Shown here in pieces: positions 8,750 to 17,243 of a DNA stretch of 64,000 bases; positions within the stretch are counted from its first letter, which is position 1; each line of letters starts with the position of its first letter. The notes under the pieces are model-generated. The model searched no databases. It was not told where the DNA came from and was given only the letters and a program-made list of their open reading frames with translations. This stretch comes from Candidatus Poribacteria bacterium WGA-3G (GTDB lineage Bacteria; Poribacteria; WGA-4E; WGA-3G). The position numbers and the translations under genes are program-made. The DNA is taken from assembly GCA_000406005.1 (NCBI GenBank), contig ASZN01000014.1, positions 11,309 to 75,308 of the forward strand, read 5' to 3'.

Positions 8750-9370
8750 ATGGCATTTAGGGATTTTAAGACAATTCCTGAAGTCTTAGAGAGATTCAGG
8801 ATCACCTACACGACAAAAGATTTCGTCCACATTGAGGAGATCCCAGGCACTCCTTCGGAACAGTTTTTGGAAGAATTTGAGTTTTGCCTACAGAATATTG
8901 ACGTTTTTGCATCGGAGGCGGCACGCTGCGAAGCGATTATCTTTCCTGTTTTGAAAGAGATATACAAGGCTTATGCAGAAAACTATGCACTCTGGATAAA
9001 GAAAACCATCACTTACGATGAAACGCTCAACGGAACGCCTGATTATCTTATCTCTACAAGATCCGAATTAGGACTCCCCGTTGTTGGAACACCGTTGATA
9101 ATTCTCGTCGAAGCAAAGAAAAACGATTTCGATCAAGGTTGGGGACAGTGTTTATCCGAACTGGTAGCCGCCCAAAGAATAAATGAGGACACCGATTTTC
9201 CGGTTTACGGCATCGTGAGCGACGGGAAATTGTGGGAATTCGGACAACTTGTTGGTAACACTTTCACCCGAAACAGAACAAGCGTGACGATGGATAACTT
9301 GCCTGTCCTCTTCGGTGCAATTGATGCTGTCTTCAAAGCGAGCACGGAAGCGCGGTCAGAAACCGGCTAA
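8750..9370 (+). CDS. PD-(D/E)xK nuclease-fold protein, HsdR N-terminal-like
   Basis: ATG at 8750 lies behind GGAGGTG, with TATAAT at 8724-8729. Motif GTPDYLIS...PLIILVEAKKNDFDQGWGQCLSELVAAQ gives a D...E-x-K arrangement. The track's start at 8732 is a TTG. Confidence 0.5.
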   Translation: MAFRDFKTIPEVLERFRITYTTKDFVHIEEIPGTPSEQFLEEFEFCLQNIDVFASEAARCEAIIFPVLKEIYKAYAENYALWIKKTITYDETLNGTPDYLISTRSELGLPVVGTPLIILVEAKKNDFDQGWGQCLSELVAAQRINEDTDFPVYGIVSDGKLWEFGQLVGNTFTRNRTSVTMDNLPVLFGAIDAVFKASTEARSETG

Positions 9371-9609
9371 TAGATGAGGCACGCGCCACCCGAACAGACG
9401 CTTCCAGACTTCTGCGTCACATCACCCGCGACATTTTCTGCCTCACCCGCCTCAAACTCAGCGACAATTGACATCGTTTTCTCTGTCGGTTCTGATAGAC
9501 TCAATTGGAGTGTGTCGCTCTGCGTGAGCGTCACGGTGCATCCTGAAAATGCGACAACAGCACAAAAAAAACAGAAAAGTAAAAATAGAGACATGCATTT
9601 GCGTTGCAT
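9367..9609 (-). CDS. small lipoprotein, hypothetical
   Basis: N-terminal hydrophobic segment with lipobox VAFSG-C. Lies 2 nt downstream of the DUF362 gene. Confidence 0.4.
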   Translation of the reverse strand: MQRKCMSLFLLFCFFCAVVAFSGCTVTLTQSDTLQLSLSEPTEKTMSIVAEFEAGEAENVAGDVTQKSGSVCSGGACLIY

Positions 9610-9611
9610 AA

Positions 9612-10727
9612 TTATACCTCAACTTGTCGAAGATCTGCTTGGTCAAGTGTATTTGTACCTAAACCGAGACTGCTTGCTGTATTGATATGGTTGGCGAATT
9701 TGGATACAGAATCTAAATCCATCTCTTCACGTTTTTGGTTGACCGTCTGGAGTACCAACACATCAAGAATAACGGGGTCAGCACTGATAAAGAGACTCCC
9801 GTATTGCCACGTGCTTTCGGCGTGATATGTCGGTCCTCTATCGAACGAAGCGAGCAATCCATCAACAATATTAAGGGTCAACTTGTCTTTCAGCACCTTA
9901 TGCTCCAAAATCTCACTGATAGCCGGATTGCAATAAATCGGCTTTCCGTGAAACCGACGTGTATTATCGACACTCCCGAACGCGAGATTCTTTAAGCATC
10001 CGCTCACGCCTGCCATGGCGTGGTGCTTCAAGACGGGAACGTTGATGATTACATCGACCTGCTCGGTGACGATTCGGGAGTAACGCGAACGGATACTTTC
10101 GTTCTCACGGCGTGCAAGACTATCCTTCTCGCTCTCATAGTAGACCTCATCGTCATACCCAATTCCGTCCGTATCGGAGGCGAAGGTTTGCACATCGCTC
10201 TCATCTCGCTTGATGGGGTAACCGGCATTTAGGAGGTGCTCCTCAAACCGGTCCCAGATAATAATCTGTTTCCGAAGCACCCCGGCACCGTATAACCCGT
10301 CAACAATTTTATCGACGATGATAGAATGCGTGCTAAGTTCTGGTCCCGCGAGTGGATTAATTTTTATGCCGACAACATCATCGGGTAGCACAATATCTCG
10401 CCACGCCTCTTTCGCGGAGGAACGGCCCGTCAACTTCATCATCGCCTGATCCATCAGTTCACTCACAGCATCTTCATTGAGCTGATCGTTTTCCCACACC
10501 TCTTTACCGATAGCCTCAACGACAGGTGTAAGAGATGCTGCCCCTGTCGTCTCAGGTTGTAATTGCCCGCTACTTAACTGTGCGAACGCCGGGAGCGTGC
10601 TAAGCGCACCACCGGAATATGCGGCAAGTCGGGTTAAGAACTGCCGTCGATTGAGCGATCTTTTGGAATCGGTCGCTTCTTCGCTGTCAGCGATGATATT
10701 TGCTATAACTGTGTCGTGAGGTTTCAT
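9612..10727 (-). CDS. Tat-signal DUF362-like protein
   Basis: Twin-arginine signal NRRQFLTRLAAYSGGALSTLPAFA. VGIKINPL-type core typical of DUF362. The ATG overlaps the upstream TGA stop (TGATGA). Confidence 0.65.
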   Translation of the reverse strand: MKPHDTVIANIIADSEEATDSKRSLNRRQFLTRLAAYSGGALSTLPAFAQLSSGQLQPETTGAASLTPVVEAIGKEVWENDQLNEDAVSELMDQAMMKLTGRSSAKEAWRDIVLPDDVVGIKINPLAGPELSTHSIIVDKIVDGLYGAGVLRKQIIIWDRFEEHLLNAGYPIKRDESDVQTFASDTDGIGYDDEVYYESEKDSLARRENESIRSRYSRIVTEQVDVIINVPVLKHHAMAGVSGCLKNLAFGSVDNTRRFHGKPIYCNPAISEILEHKVLKDKLTLNIVDGLLASFDRGPTYHAESTWQYGSLFISADPVILDVLVLQTVNQKREEMDLDSVSKFANHINTASSLGLGTNTLDQADLRQVEV

Positions 10728-11821
10728 CAAAGTTTACCTAATTCTGTGAGGATTTGCGCTGTTGGTACACGCGCAGCCTTGGTATTCAAAGATTTCCAAG
10801 CGATCGTTCCATCCTTGCGGACGATATAGGCGGCAGGACGTGCTATCCGATTGTTGCCAGGATCGACGACGTTGTAGACAGTGATCGCCTCTTTGTCGTT
10901 ATCCGCCAGGACTGGAAATTTGAGCCCATGGTTTTGAACCGTCTGTTTGGTGTCGCCTTCGTTATCGGAACTGATCGCAATGAGTTCCGCGCCTGCAGCT
11001 TGAATCTTCGCATAGTTCTGTTGCAACTCACCGAGTTGCGTTCTGCAGAAGGGTCACCAGCCGCCGCGGTAAAAAATAAGGACAACGTTTTTATCAGCGA
11101 TATAATCATCAAGGGCGTGCGCTTTACCGGTGCTGTCTGGTAAGACAAAGTCGGGGGCTTGGCTTTCAATACGCAAGCCTTGACCGGGAGGCAGCTCCTC
11201 CGCTTCTGGCACTGGTATGAGTTCGACCGTCAGTTCCAGCGTTTCATCCGCTGGTATCGGATCGACTGCTACCTCTTTGTCTTCGTAACCGGCGTGAGCG
11301 ATCATCAAAGCCATAGATTGCTGCACGGGGAGATTTTCAAAGGTGAAAACGCCTGCTGCTGTTGTTAACGTTTCGTAGATATTCCCTGTGTTATCCGTGA
11401 GTTGGAGACTGACACCGCCAAGCACTTCACCCGTCGTTTCGTTCGTTAAAACGCCGTATAAATGCGAGACTGGCGTTTTCAATGCGACGAGCGTTACCTT
11501 GTCAAGCGATACAACCTCTTCAGCGATGACTGTGACGGCTATCTCTTCCGTTTCATAGCCTTTCGCCGATATCTGGAGCGTATAGCTTCCAGCCTCAATC
11601 TCGCCAATTTCATAACTCGCCTGCGTCTCTATTTGCTTCACAAGTTGTCCATCTTTTAGTAAGCGTACCTGAATCCGTACGCCGTCAATTGATTGGACAT
11701 CGCCACGCAAAGTACCCGTTGTATCGGTTTCCACTGTCTCCTCAACCGGATTTTCAGTTTCACAGCCGAATCCTGCGAACAGTAGTAGCGCAAGCGCGAG
11801 GGGTGCCAGTATGTGTTTCAT
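10727..11821 (-). CDS. lipoprotein selenoprotein: CarboxypepD_reg-like repeats plus a peroxiredoxin-like (AhpC/TSA, Prx-like) domain with UxxC
   Basis: Track ORFs 11054..11821 and 10727..11026 are in the same frame, joined by TGA at 11054-11056. The read-through gives APDFVLPDSTGKAHALDDYIADKNVVLIFYRGGW-U-PFCRTQLGELQQNYAKIQAAGAELIAISSD, which is the FYRGxWCPxC redox motif with Sec at the first Cys. Lipobox FAGFG-C at the N-terminus. Confidence 0.75.
11016..11050 (-). promoter_or_regulatory. bacterial SECIS-like stem-loop
   Basis: The mRNA reads UGA CCC UUCUG cagaac GCAACUC GGU GAGUUGC aa CAGAA. It has a 7-bp upper stem, a GGU apical loop 22-24 nt after the UGA, and a 5-bp lower stem. Confidence 0.5.
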
Positions 11822-11831
11822 TGTTTTTCCT

Positions 11832-12638
11832 CTATCTGCCTATTTGCCGCTTGATTCTGCCCCACGTTGTTGTGAGTTTGTTAACGGGGTCAACGGCGGC
11901 GGCAGTTTCAACACCGGCATCCATGAGTGCATCCATATCCTCTTCACTCAGAGCGACATTGAAGAGGGCGACATCATCGATGATACCTTCAGTATAGCGG
12001 TCATAGTGCCGTCCGACGTGAAATACGCCGTCACTGGTGCCGTATCCATCTTTTGCGTTGAAATCGACTTCGGCTTCCATTTTGCCATCAACCCATATTG
12101 AGGCTTTGCCAGTATCTGCATCCGCTCGTCCGGCAATGAAGTGCCATTTCTCATCGGCGATAGGCGTAGTACCGTGCGCAGGAAAACTGGTTCCGGCACT
12201 ATCCCGTAAATAGAGGCTCACGGTGTTTTTGGAACCGTTGTCCCAAAGTAGATACCACGGCGTTGCCTGCGATGTATCCTCATAGTTTTTGCCGACGAGC
12301 GAACCACCAACCTTACTGCCTTTGAAATAGCAGGTGATCGTGAACGATACGCCCGCCTTAAACGCGACAGTGTTCGAGTGCGGAACTTCAACCCAATTGC
12401 TAACACCATCGAATTCAAGTGCTTTACCGAACTTGCCGTCAACCCACTTTGCACCATGGATTTCACCATCGTTCCCATTTCCTGATGCGTCTGCAGCGGC
12501 ACCACCGTTCCCTTCGTCAAAGAACCACATTCCGGTGATAGCCTCGGGATCAATTTTGGCGAGACTCGGGAGCGTTATCAGCAAAAAGATGCCCATCAGA
12601 GCCACAAAGCTGATGTGTACACTCTTAGGTAAATACAT
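11832..12638 (-). CDS. secreted LamG / concanavalin A-like lectin domain protein
   Basis: Signal peptide. Contains GNGNDGEIHGAKWVDGKFGKALEFDG ... ALFNVALSEEDM, typical of Laminin_G_3. The C-terminal tail reads VDPVNKLTTTWGRIKRQ. Confidence 0.8.
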   Translation of the reverse strand: MYLPKSVHISFVALMGIFLLITLPSLAKIDPEAITGMWFFDEGNGGAAADASGNGNDGEIHGAKWVDGKFGKALEFDGVSNWVEVPHSNTVAFKAGVSFTITCYFKGSKVGGSLVGKNYEDTSQATPWYLLWDNGSKNTVSLYLRDSAGTSFPAHGTTPIADEKWHFIAGRADADTGKASIWVDGKMEAEVDFNAKDGYGTSDGVFHVGRHYDRYTEGIIDDVALFNVALSEEDMDALMDAGVETAAAVDPVNKLTTTWGRIKRQIGR

Positions 12639-13057
12639 ACAATGTCTCCTTAAAAAATACAGAACAAAATCGTTTTTGCGTTACCACTTCAGTCTCAAAA
12701 CTGTCAACATCTCTTGCCCTATAGTATACCATCAATAATATGGTCATGTCAAATAGAAACGTGGCAGAAAAATACCTTGACATTCTCTAACATTCTGTGT
12801 AATTTGTTAACCACAAGGCTTATGCAGGCATCGGTTCGGTTGAATACAACATTAAAGAATTTGCTGTATCTTTAAAAAACTTTAGGATCCGATTTCACTT
12901 CACACCTTCCAAATATAAGTGAATCCAACACACCATAAAAATTAGAAAATATATAGTGCCGCATCGGGTTAAAGGTTACGAGCAATTAAACTCACCGTAA
13001 AACATCTGAATAGTCGGGATAGAAACACAACCCGCGACGTGATATGGGAAGTAACAG

Positions 13058-14494
13058 ATGGCGCGAAAGAGAAAACAGTCGCACGGAAAAATGCAAATAG
13101 AGGAATGCTCGCTGAAAATGCAGGAGCATATCCATCAGCTCGGTATATCTTCGGTAGAGGATTACAAGGCGTGGTGCCGCACCCATAATTTTAGTCAAGG
13201 GTTAGATAAAAGTCCGCGCCAACGCCAAGACGAACTCTATGCTGTAACCCGTATACGAGCCTCCAAAATGATGGCGAAAGAGAAGAGGGACCGCAACCTG
13301 AGCGAGCTTCTTCCGAAAATATACAACCAAGAACTACCGGCAGACAAACTACAGAATGCGGTTACCAGAACCGTCTCGAATGCTTTTGAGGCGAGCATGG
13401 CTCCGAAAGTACTCTTGAAACTTCTACTATACCTCGAAACCAACTCAGACCTGCTAAAAAAGGCTACCTATATTCAAGGCATCGCAGCACTCGCAAACCA
13501 TCACGAGAGTTGGATTCGACCGCTTAAGGGATGGAAAGTCAGAAAACATAACCGCGATCGTCAATTCTCCGAACTCGCGCGACACCTACTCGCTTTCTAT
13601 GAGGTGCCGCTCTTTATGGATAGCGTCTGGTTTAACGGGAACGCGACCCATCAGAACTGGTTTAAACACATCGGTACAGGTCAAAATATCCGAACCGCAC
13701 GAGATATCCCGATACCACTCACGAAAAAGATGGCGCACCATTTTTTGAAGGCACCGAAGCATTACACCGTTGAAGAGGCGCTCCGTTGGGGACAAGTCTG
13801 CGCACTCGGGGGTGATAGGTATCTGGTGGATGCGCTCCGGCAGACACGCCTGACCCGAACTTTTAACAACGACGATTTCTGGCTGAATGTGATTCGTTTC
13901 TTTATCGCGAATCCGATGTTGGATGTCAGTCATGTGCAGCCGATTATTGACTATATCTGGCACCAGAGATACGAGAACCGTCGCGTTTTCGTTGAGAGAG
14001 GTGTTGTGAGAGAAATGGGACCGGCGCAACCTAATTTCAGTATGAGAGGGAGGACACCTGAGACGCTGCTTCGCCAAGTTGAGGCGTGGCATAACCAACT
14101 CGGTAAAGTCTCGAAAAGGCGGGAACTTGAGTGGATGTGTTCGCAGATCGGTGAATTCCATTTCTTGGAAGGGAGTGAGCAGTTGCACAACATGAGATTC
14201 TGGTCTATTCGAGAACTGCTCAGCAGCGACGAACTCATTGACGAAGGACGGGCACTGCAGCACTGTGTACAGACTTACGCGAGGTCCTGTTATACCGGAC
14301 GGTCATCGATTTGGAGTATGGAGATTGAGGACGAGAATGGACGACGCAAGATTTTGACCATCGAAGTCGCGCCACGCGAAAGAGTTATCCGTCAGGTTCG
14401 GGGTAGACGAAATCGGTTACCGACCCCAAGAGAGAAAGAACTCTTGAGAAAATGGGCAGATCAAGAAGGACTACAGCTTGCTGGATATATATAG
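13058..14494 (+). CDS. PcfJ-like domain protein
   Basis: C-terminal EGRALQHCVQTYARSCYTGRSSIWSMEIE..RKILTIEV...IRQVRGRRNR matches the PcfJ-like pattern known from conjugative-element proteins. An AT-rich 420-bp region lies upstream. Confidence 0.65.
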   Translation: MARKRKQSHGKMQIEECSLKMQEHIHQLGISSVEDYKAWCRTHNFSQGLDKSPRQRQDELYAVTRIRASKMMAKEKRDRNLSELLPKIYNQELPADKLQNAVTRTVSNAFEASMAPKVLLKLLLYLETNSDLLKKATYIQGIAALANHHESWIRPLKGWKVRKHNRDRQFSELARHLLAFYEVPLFMDSVWFNGNATHQNWFKHIGTGQNIRTARDIPIPLTKKMAHHFLKAPKHYTVEEALRWGQVCALGGDRYLVDALRQTRLTRTFNNDDFWLNVIRFFIANPMLDVSHVQPIIDYIWHQRYENRRVFVERGVVREMGPAQPNFSMRGRTPETLLRQVEAWHNQLGKVSKRRELEWMCSQIGEFHFLEGSEQLHNMRFWSIRELLSSDELIDEGRALQHCVQTYARSCYTGRSSIWSMEIEDENGRRKILTIEVAPRERVIRQVRGRRNRLPTPREKELLRKWADQEGLQLAGYI

Positions 14495-14496
14495 CG

Positions 14497-14712
14497 ATAC
14501 AGATAGAAAAACTCACTCCCGTGCAACAGAAACAAGTTTTGGATTTTGCATTGGAACTTTCGGGTGAGCTGGCAAATCGTTACCCCAGAGAAAAACTGCT
14601 TGAACTTGTCGGCACAATTTCGCCTGAAGACCTTGAAATCATGAAACAGGCAATTGAAGAAGGATGCGGAATGGCATCGCTATCGCAAGGACAGCATACC
14701 AAAAAGCGTTGA
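14497..14712 (+). pseudogene. orphan or degenerate copy of the downstream antitoxin
   Basis: IQIEKLTPVQQKQVLDFALELSGE...SPEDLEIMKQAIEEGCG parallels the 14798..15031 product. Its N-terminus is replaced by the pcfJ 3' end; the only start is ATG 14452, inside pcfJ. The C-terminus diverges and no toxin follows. Confidence 0.4.
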
Positions 14713-14797
14713 TTTCTCATACGACTTGTGATAAAATCTGTTCAAGAGATCAGTAGTTACAGAAACACCATCCCTTAATCAAAAAGGAGGCAACACA

Positions 14798-15031
14798 ATG
14801 GAAAATACAACGACCATCCAAGAAATTATACAGCGATTAGAAAAACTTTCGCCCGGAAAACAGAGACAAGTTTTAGATTTTACGTTAGAGTTGTCCGGAG
14901 AATCTCCAAAAGGTATATCTGGTAAAGAGCTGCTTGAATTTGCTTCTGGACTGTTCCCACCGGAGGATATTGAACAAATAAAGCGGGCGATTGAGGAAGA
15001 CTGTGGACAGATCGATGAGTCAGAATGGTAG
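14798..15031 (+). CDS. type II antitoxin (VapB-type, DUF2281-like)
   Basis: 77 aa with an AAAGGAGG RBS. Contains LEKLSPGKQRQVLDFTLEL. Overlaps the PIN toxin gene. Confidence 0.7.
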   Translation: MENTTTIQEIIQRLEKLSPGKQRQVLDFTLELSGESPKGISGKELLEFASGLFPPEDIEQIKRAIEEDCGQIDESEW

Positions 15032-15410
15032 GTATCTTTTAGATACCAATATTATTATCGGGATGTTTGCCGAGGATAAAGCAATCCAAGAGAAAGTACA
15101 AAATACTGAGAAATTGTTTTTGGCTTCGCCTGTGGTCGGTAAACTGTATTATGGTGCGCGGAAATCCAGTAGACCTATAGAAAATCTGGCGAGAGTCAAC
15201 AGACTGACACAGCGATTTCCACTCTTTTCTTGCGGCTTGGAAACGGGACAGTGGTTTGGAATCATCAAAGACGAACTGCGAAGGAAAGGCAACCTTATCC
15301 CCGACAATGATATCTGGATCGCTGCAATTGCGATGCAACGCGGATTAATTCTCGTCACACGAGACGCACATTTTGATGAAGTTGAAACTTTACAAACAGA
15401 GCGTTGGTAG
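15015..15410 (+). CDS. vapC: PIN-domain toxin VapC
   Basis: LLDTNIIIG near the N-terminus, then DIWIAAIAMQRGLILVTRDAHF. The start could be ATG 15015 or ATG 14991. Confidence 0.8.
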   Translation: MSQNGRYLLDTNIIIGMFAEDKAIQEKVQNTEKLFLASPVVGKLYYGARKSSRPIENLARVNRLTQRFPLFSCGLETGQWFGIIKDELRRKGNLIPDNDIWIAAIAMQRGLILVTRDAHFDEVETLQTERW

Positions 15411-15416
15411 ACACCA

Positions 15417-16763
15417 CTACACCAACAACAGATACGGATCTTGAATATAGCCGGAAACCGTTTGCAAGAACTGCGCTGCAGGTGCGCCGTCTACAATTCG
15501 ATGATCAAAAGTTAGACTTAGCGTCAGCATACTCCGAACAACAATCTCATCTTCGTGAACGACTGGCTTCTTCAGAATCCGACCTACCCCAAGAATAGCA
15601 CTCTCCGGCGGATTGATGATTGGCGTGAACGCATCAATTCCGAAATTTCCGAGATTCGTAATCGTAAAGGTCCCACCTTGAAGCTCCCCGGGTGTCAACT
15701 GATTGCCACGTGCCCGTTCAGCGAAATCTTTTACTTGCCCTGAAATCTCCGATAACCGCACCTTGTCAGCATTCCGAACCACCGGAACCACCAACCCATC
15801 TTCCAATGCCACTGCTACTCCGATATTAATTTCTCGCAGTAGGTGTATCCCTTCATTTGTGAGTGTCGCGTTGAGTCTCGGATGTTCCCCCAAAGCGTTT
15901 GCCACAACTTTCACAAGCAGATCGGTGTAGGTAATACTCACCTCTCTTGCCTGTAGTTTATCGTTGAGCATCCCACGTAATTCAACAAATGCCGTCGCAT
16001 CAACTTCGGTATGGAGCGTGACGCTGGCATTCGTCTGAAGGCTCAAAGTCATCCGTTCTGCAATAATTCCGCGGATACCGTCCATCGCGATGACTTCCGC
16101 AGTCTGCTGAATCGCTGGTGTTTCCACTGTAGGCACTTCAGGTATTGTGCTGGCGACTTGTAACACATCGTCTCGGACGATTCTACCGTCCGGTCCAGAA
16201 CCGGCAATTAAAGTGAGATCGACACCGTGCTCTTTCGCGAGTCGCCTTGCGAGCGGAGATGCCTTAAGGCGCGTCGTTTCGGCTGAAGGTGCTGGTTCCC
16301 TCAAGTCGATATACCGTTGGACATCACTTTCAAGGATGCGTCCACCGGGTCCGGAAGGTTTAACTTCGGTCAGGTCGATAGCGAGTTTCTCGGCGAGTTG
16401 ACGCGCTGCTGGCGAGGCTTTCGGTGCGTCCCCGGTAGGCGATGGTGTCGGTTTCGGTTGTTCGGGTTTCGCTTGTACCTGTTGTTCGGGTGCGGTGTCC
16501 GCTTCAATGCGCGCAACCTCTTCACCGGGTGCACCGATAACAGCCAGTATAGCGTTGACAGGGACATTGGTGCCTTCTTCAGCAAGGATCTGGGCAATAA
16601 TACCGTCGGTAGGGGACTCCTGTTCATGAACAACCTTATCGGTTTCAATCTCCAGCAAAGGTTGCCCCTCGATGACGGTATCGCCTTCTTTAACGAGCCA
16701 TTTCCCGATTTTGCCTTTGGTCATCGTTTGATCCATCTGAAGCATTTTTAATTCTACTGCCAT
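15417..16763 (-). CDS. 2-oxoacid dehydrogenase E2 (dihydrolipoamide acyltransferase) with two E3-binding domains
   Basis: Lipoyl domain (LEIETDKV). Two PSBD repeats (ASPAARQLAEKLAIDL..GPGGRI and ASPLARRLAKEHGVDL..GPDGRI). Catalytic motif DHRIVDGAPAAQFL. Confidence 0.9.
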   Translation of the reverse strand: MAVELKMLQMDQTMTKGKIGKWLVKEGDTVIEGQPLLEIETDKVVHEQESPTDGIIAQILAEEGTNVPVNAILAVIGAPGEEVARIEADTAPEQQVQAKPEQPKPTPSPTGDAPKASPAARQLAEKLAIDLTEVKPSGPGGRILESDVQRYIDLREPAPSAETTRLKASPLARRLAKEHGVDLTLIAGSGPDGRIVRDDVLQVASTIPEVPTVETPAIQQTAEVIAMDGIRGIIAERMTLSLQTNASVTLHTEVDATAFVELRGMLNDKLQAREVSITYTDLLVKVVANALGEHPRLNATLTNEGIHLLREINIGVAVALEDGLVVPVVRNADKVRLSEISGQVKDFAERARGNQLTPGELQGGTFTITNLGNFGIDAFTPIINPPESAILGVGRILKKPVVHEDEIVVRSMLTLSLTFDHRIVDGAPAAQFLQTVSGYIQDPYLLLV

Positions 16764-16792
16764 ATTTTAAATTTTCCTTGCGGTTCGATCAG
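16764..16792 (-). promoter_or_regulatory. conserved leader cassette CTGATCGAACCGCAAGGAAAATTTAAAAT-ATG
   Basis: The same motif occurs upstream of lpxC-fabZ, sulfotransferase 40412..41413 (twice) and pnkp. Confidence 0.5.
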
Positions 16793-16887
16793 GTTAGTTT
16801 TGGGTGACCGATCTTTTCCGTATATCCATCCCGGCGCGATGCTTAGTCTTACGTGCTCTGAGCGTTGGAGAACTGAAAATGAGGCAT

Positions 16888-17205
16888 TTATGATTGCGTC
16901 TCAAGCAATTCAATCAGCAGCTCGACATTCGCATCTTTTTCCAAGATGAGCGCGAATTTGTGGTATTCTTCGCCTTTGAAAATTGCCTGAACAAAAGGAC
17001 TGAAGGCGATCAGAAATTGACTCCCTAAAAAGTTAAGCGGCTTACAGGTCTCTAAGGCGATAATTGCTGGCACGGTAAGACCTCGCCGGACGATCCATAT
17101 CGCGGCTTTTTCAAGTAAGGCGCGCTGCTCCGATTCTGGAATATCCTCAAGAACAGTCGGTATTTCGGTGTTCAGTTCGTCGTTTGGATTGAGCATATTT
17201 TTCAC
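16888..17205 (-). CDS. hypothetical protein
   Basis: 105-codon ORF between the Gfo/Idh gene and the E2 gene on the same strand. Starts at GTG 17205 or ATG 17196. No motif recognised. Confidence 0.35.
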   Translation of the reverse strand: MKNMLNPNDELNTEIPTVLEDIPESEQRALLEKAAIWIVRRGLTVPAIIALETCKPLNFLGSQFLIAFSPFVQAIFKGEEYHKFALILEKDANVELLIELLETQS

Positions 17206-17243
17206 CTATCCAACACGCATCGCTTTACGAATGTGAGTTCGTC

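Noticed and set aside
10727-11821. Reading 11054..11821 and 10727..11026 as two separate genes, or as a pseudogene with a nonsense mutation.
   Set aside because: The stop is a TGA exactly at the catalytic Cys position of an otherwise intact domain. The downstream ORF's 'start' is an in-frame TTG with no RBS. A SECIS-like hairpin follows, and a second UGA gene with the same features exists in the window.
13586-14263. Long antisense or out-of-frame ORFs inside confident genes, for example 13586..14263, 3068..3586, 5568..6050, 43403..43957, 49498..50088, 62347..62811 and 63386..63856.
   Set aside because: These are shadow ORFs opposite or overlapping genes with clear family motifs. Their translations are low-complexity or Arg/Ser-rich with no motifs.
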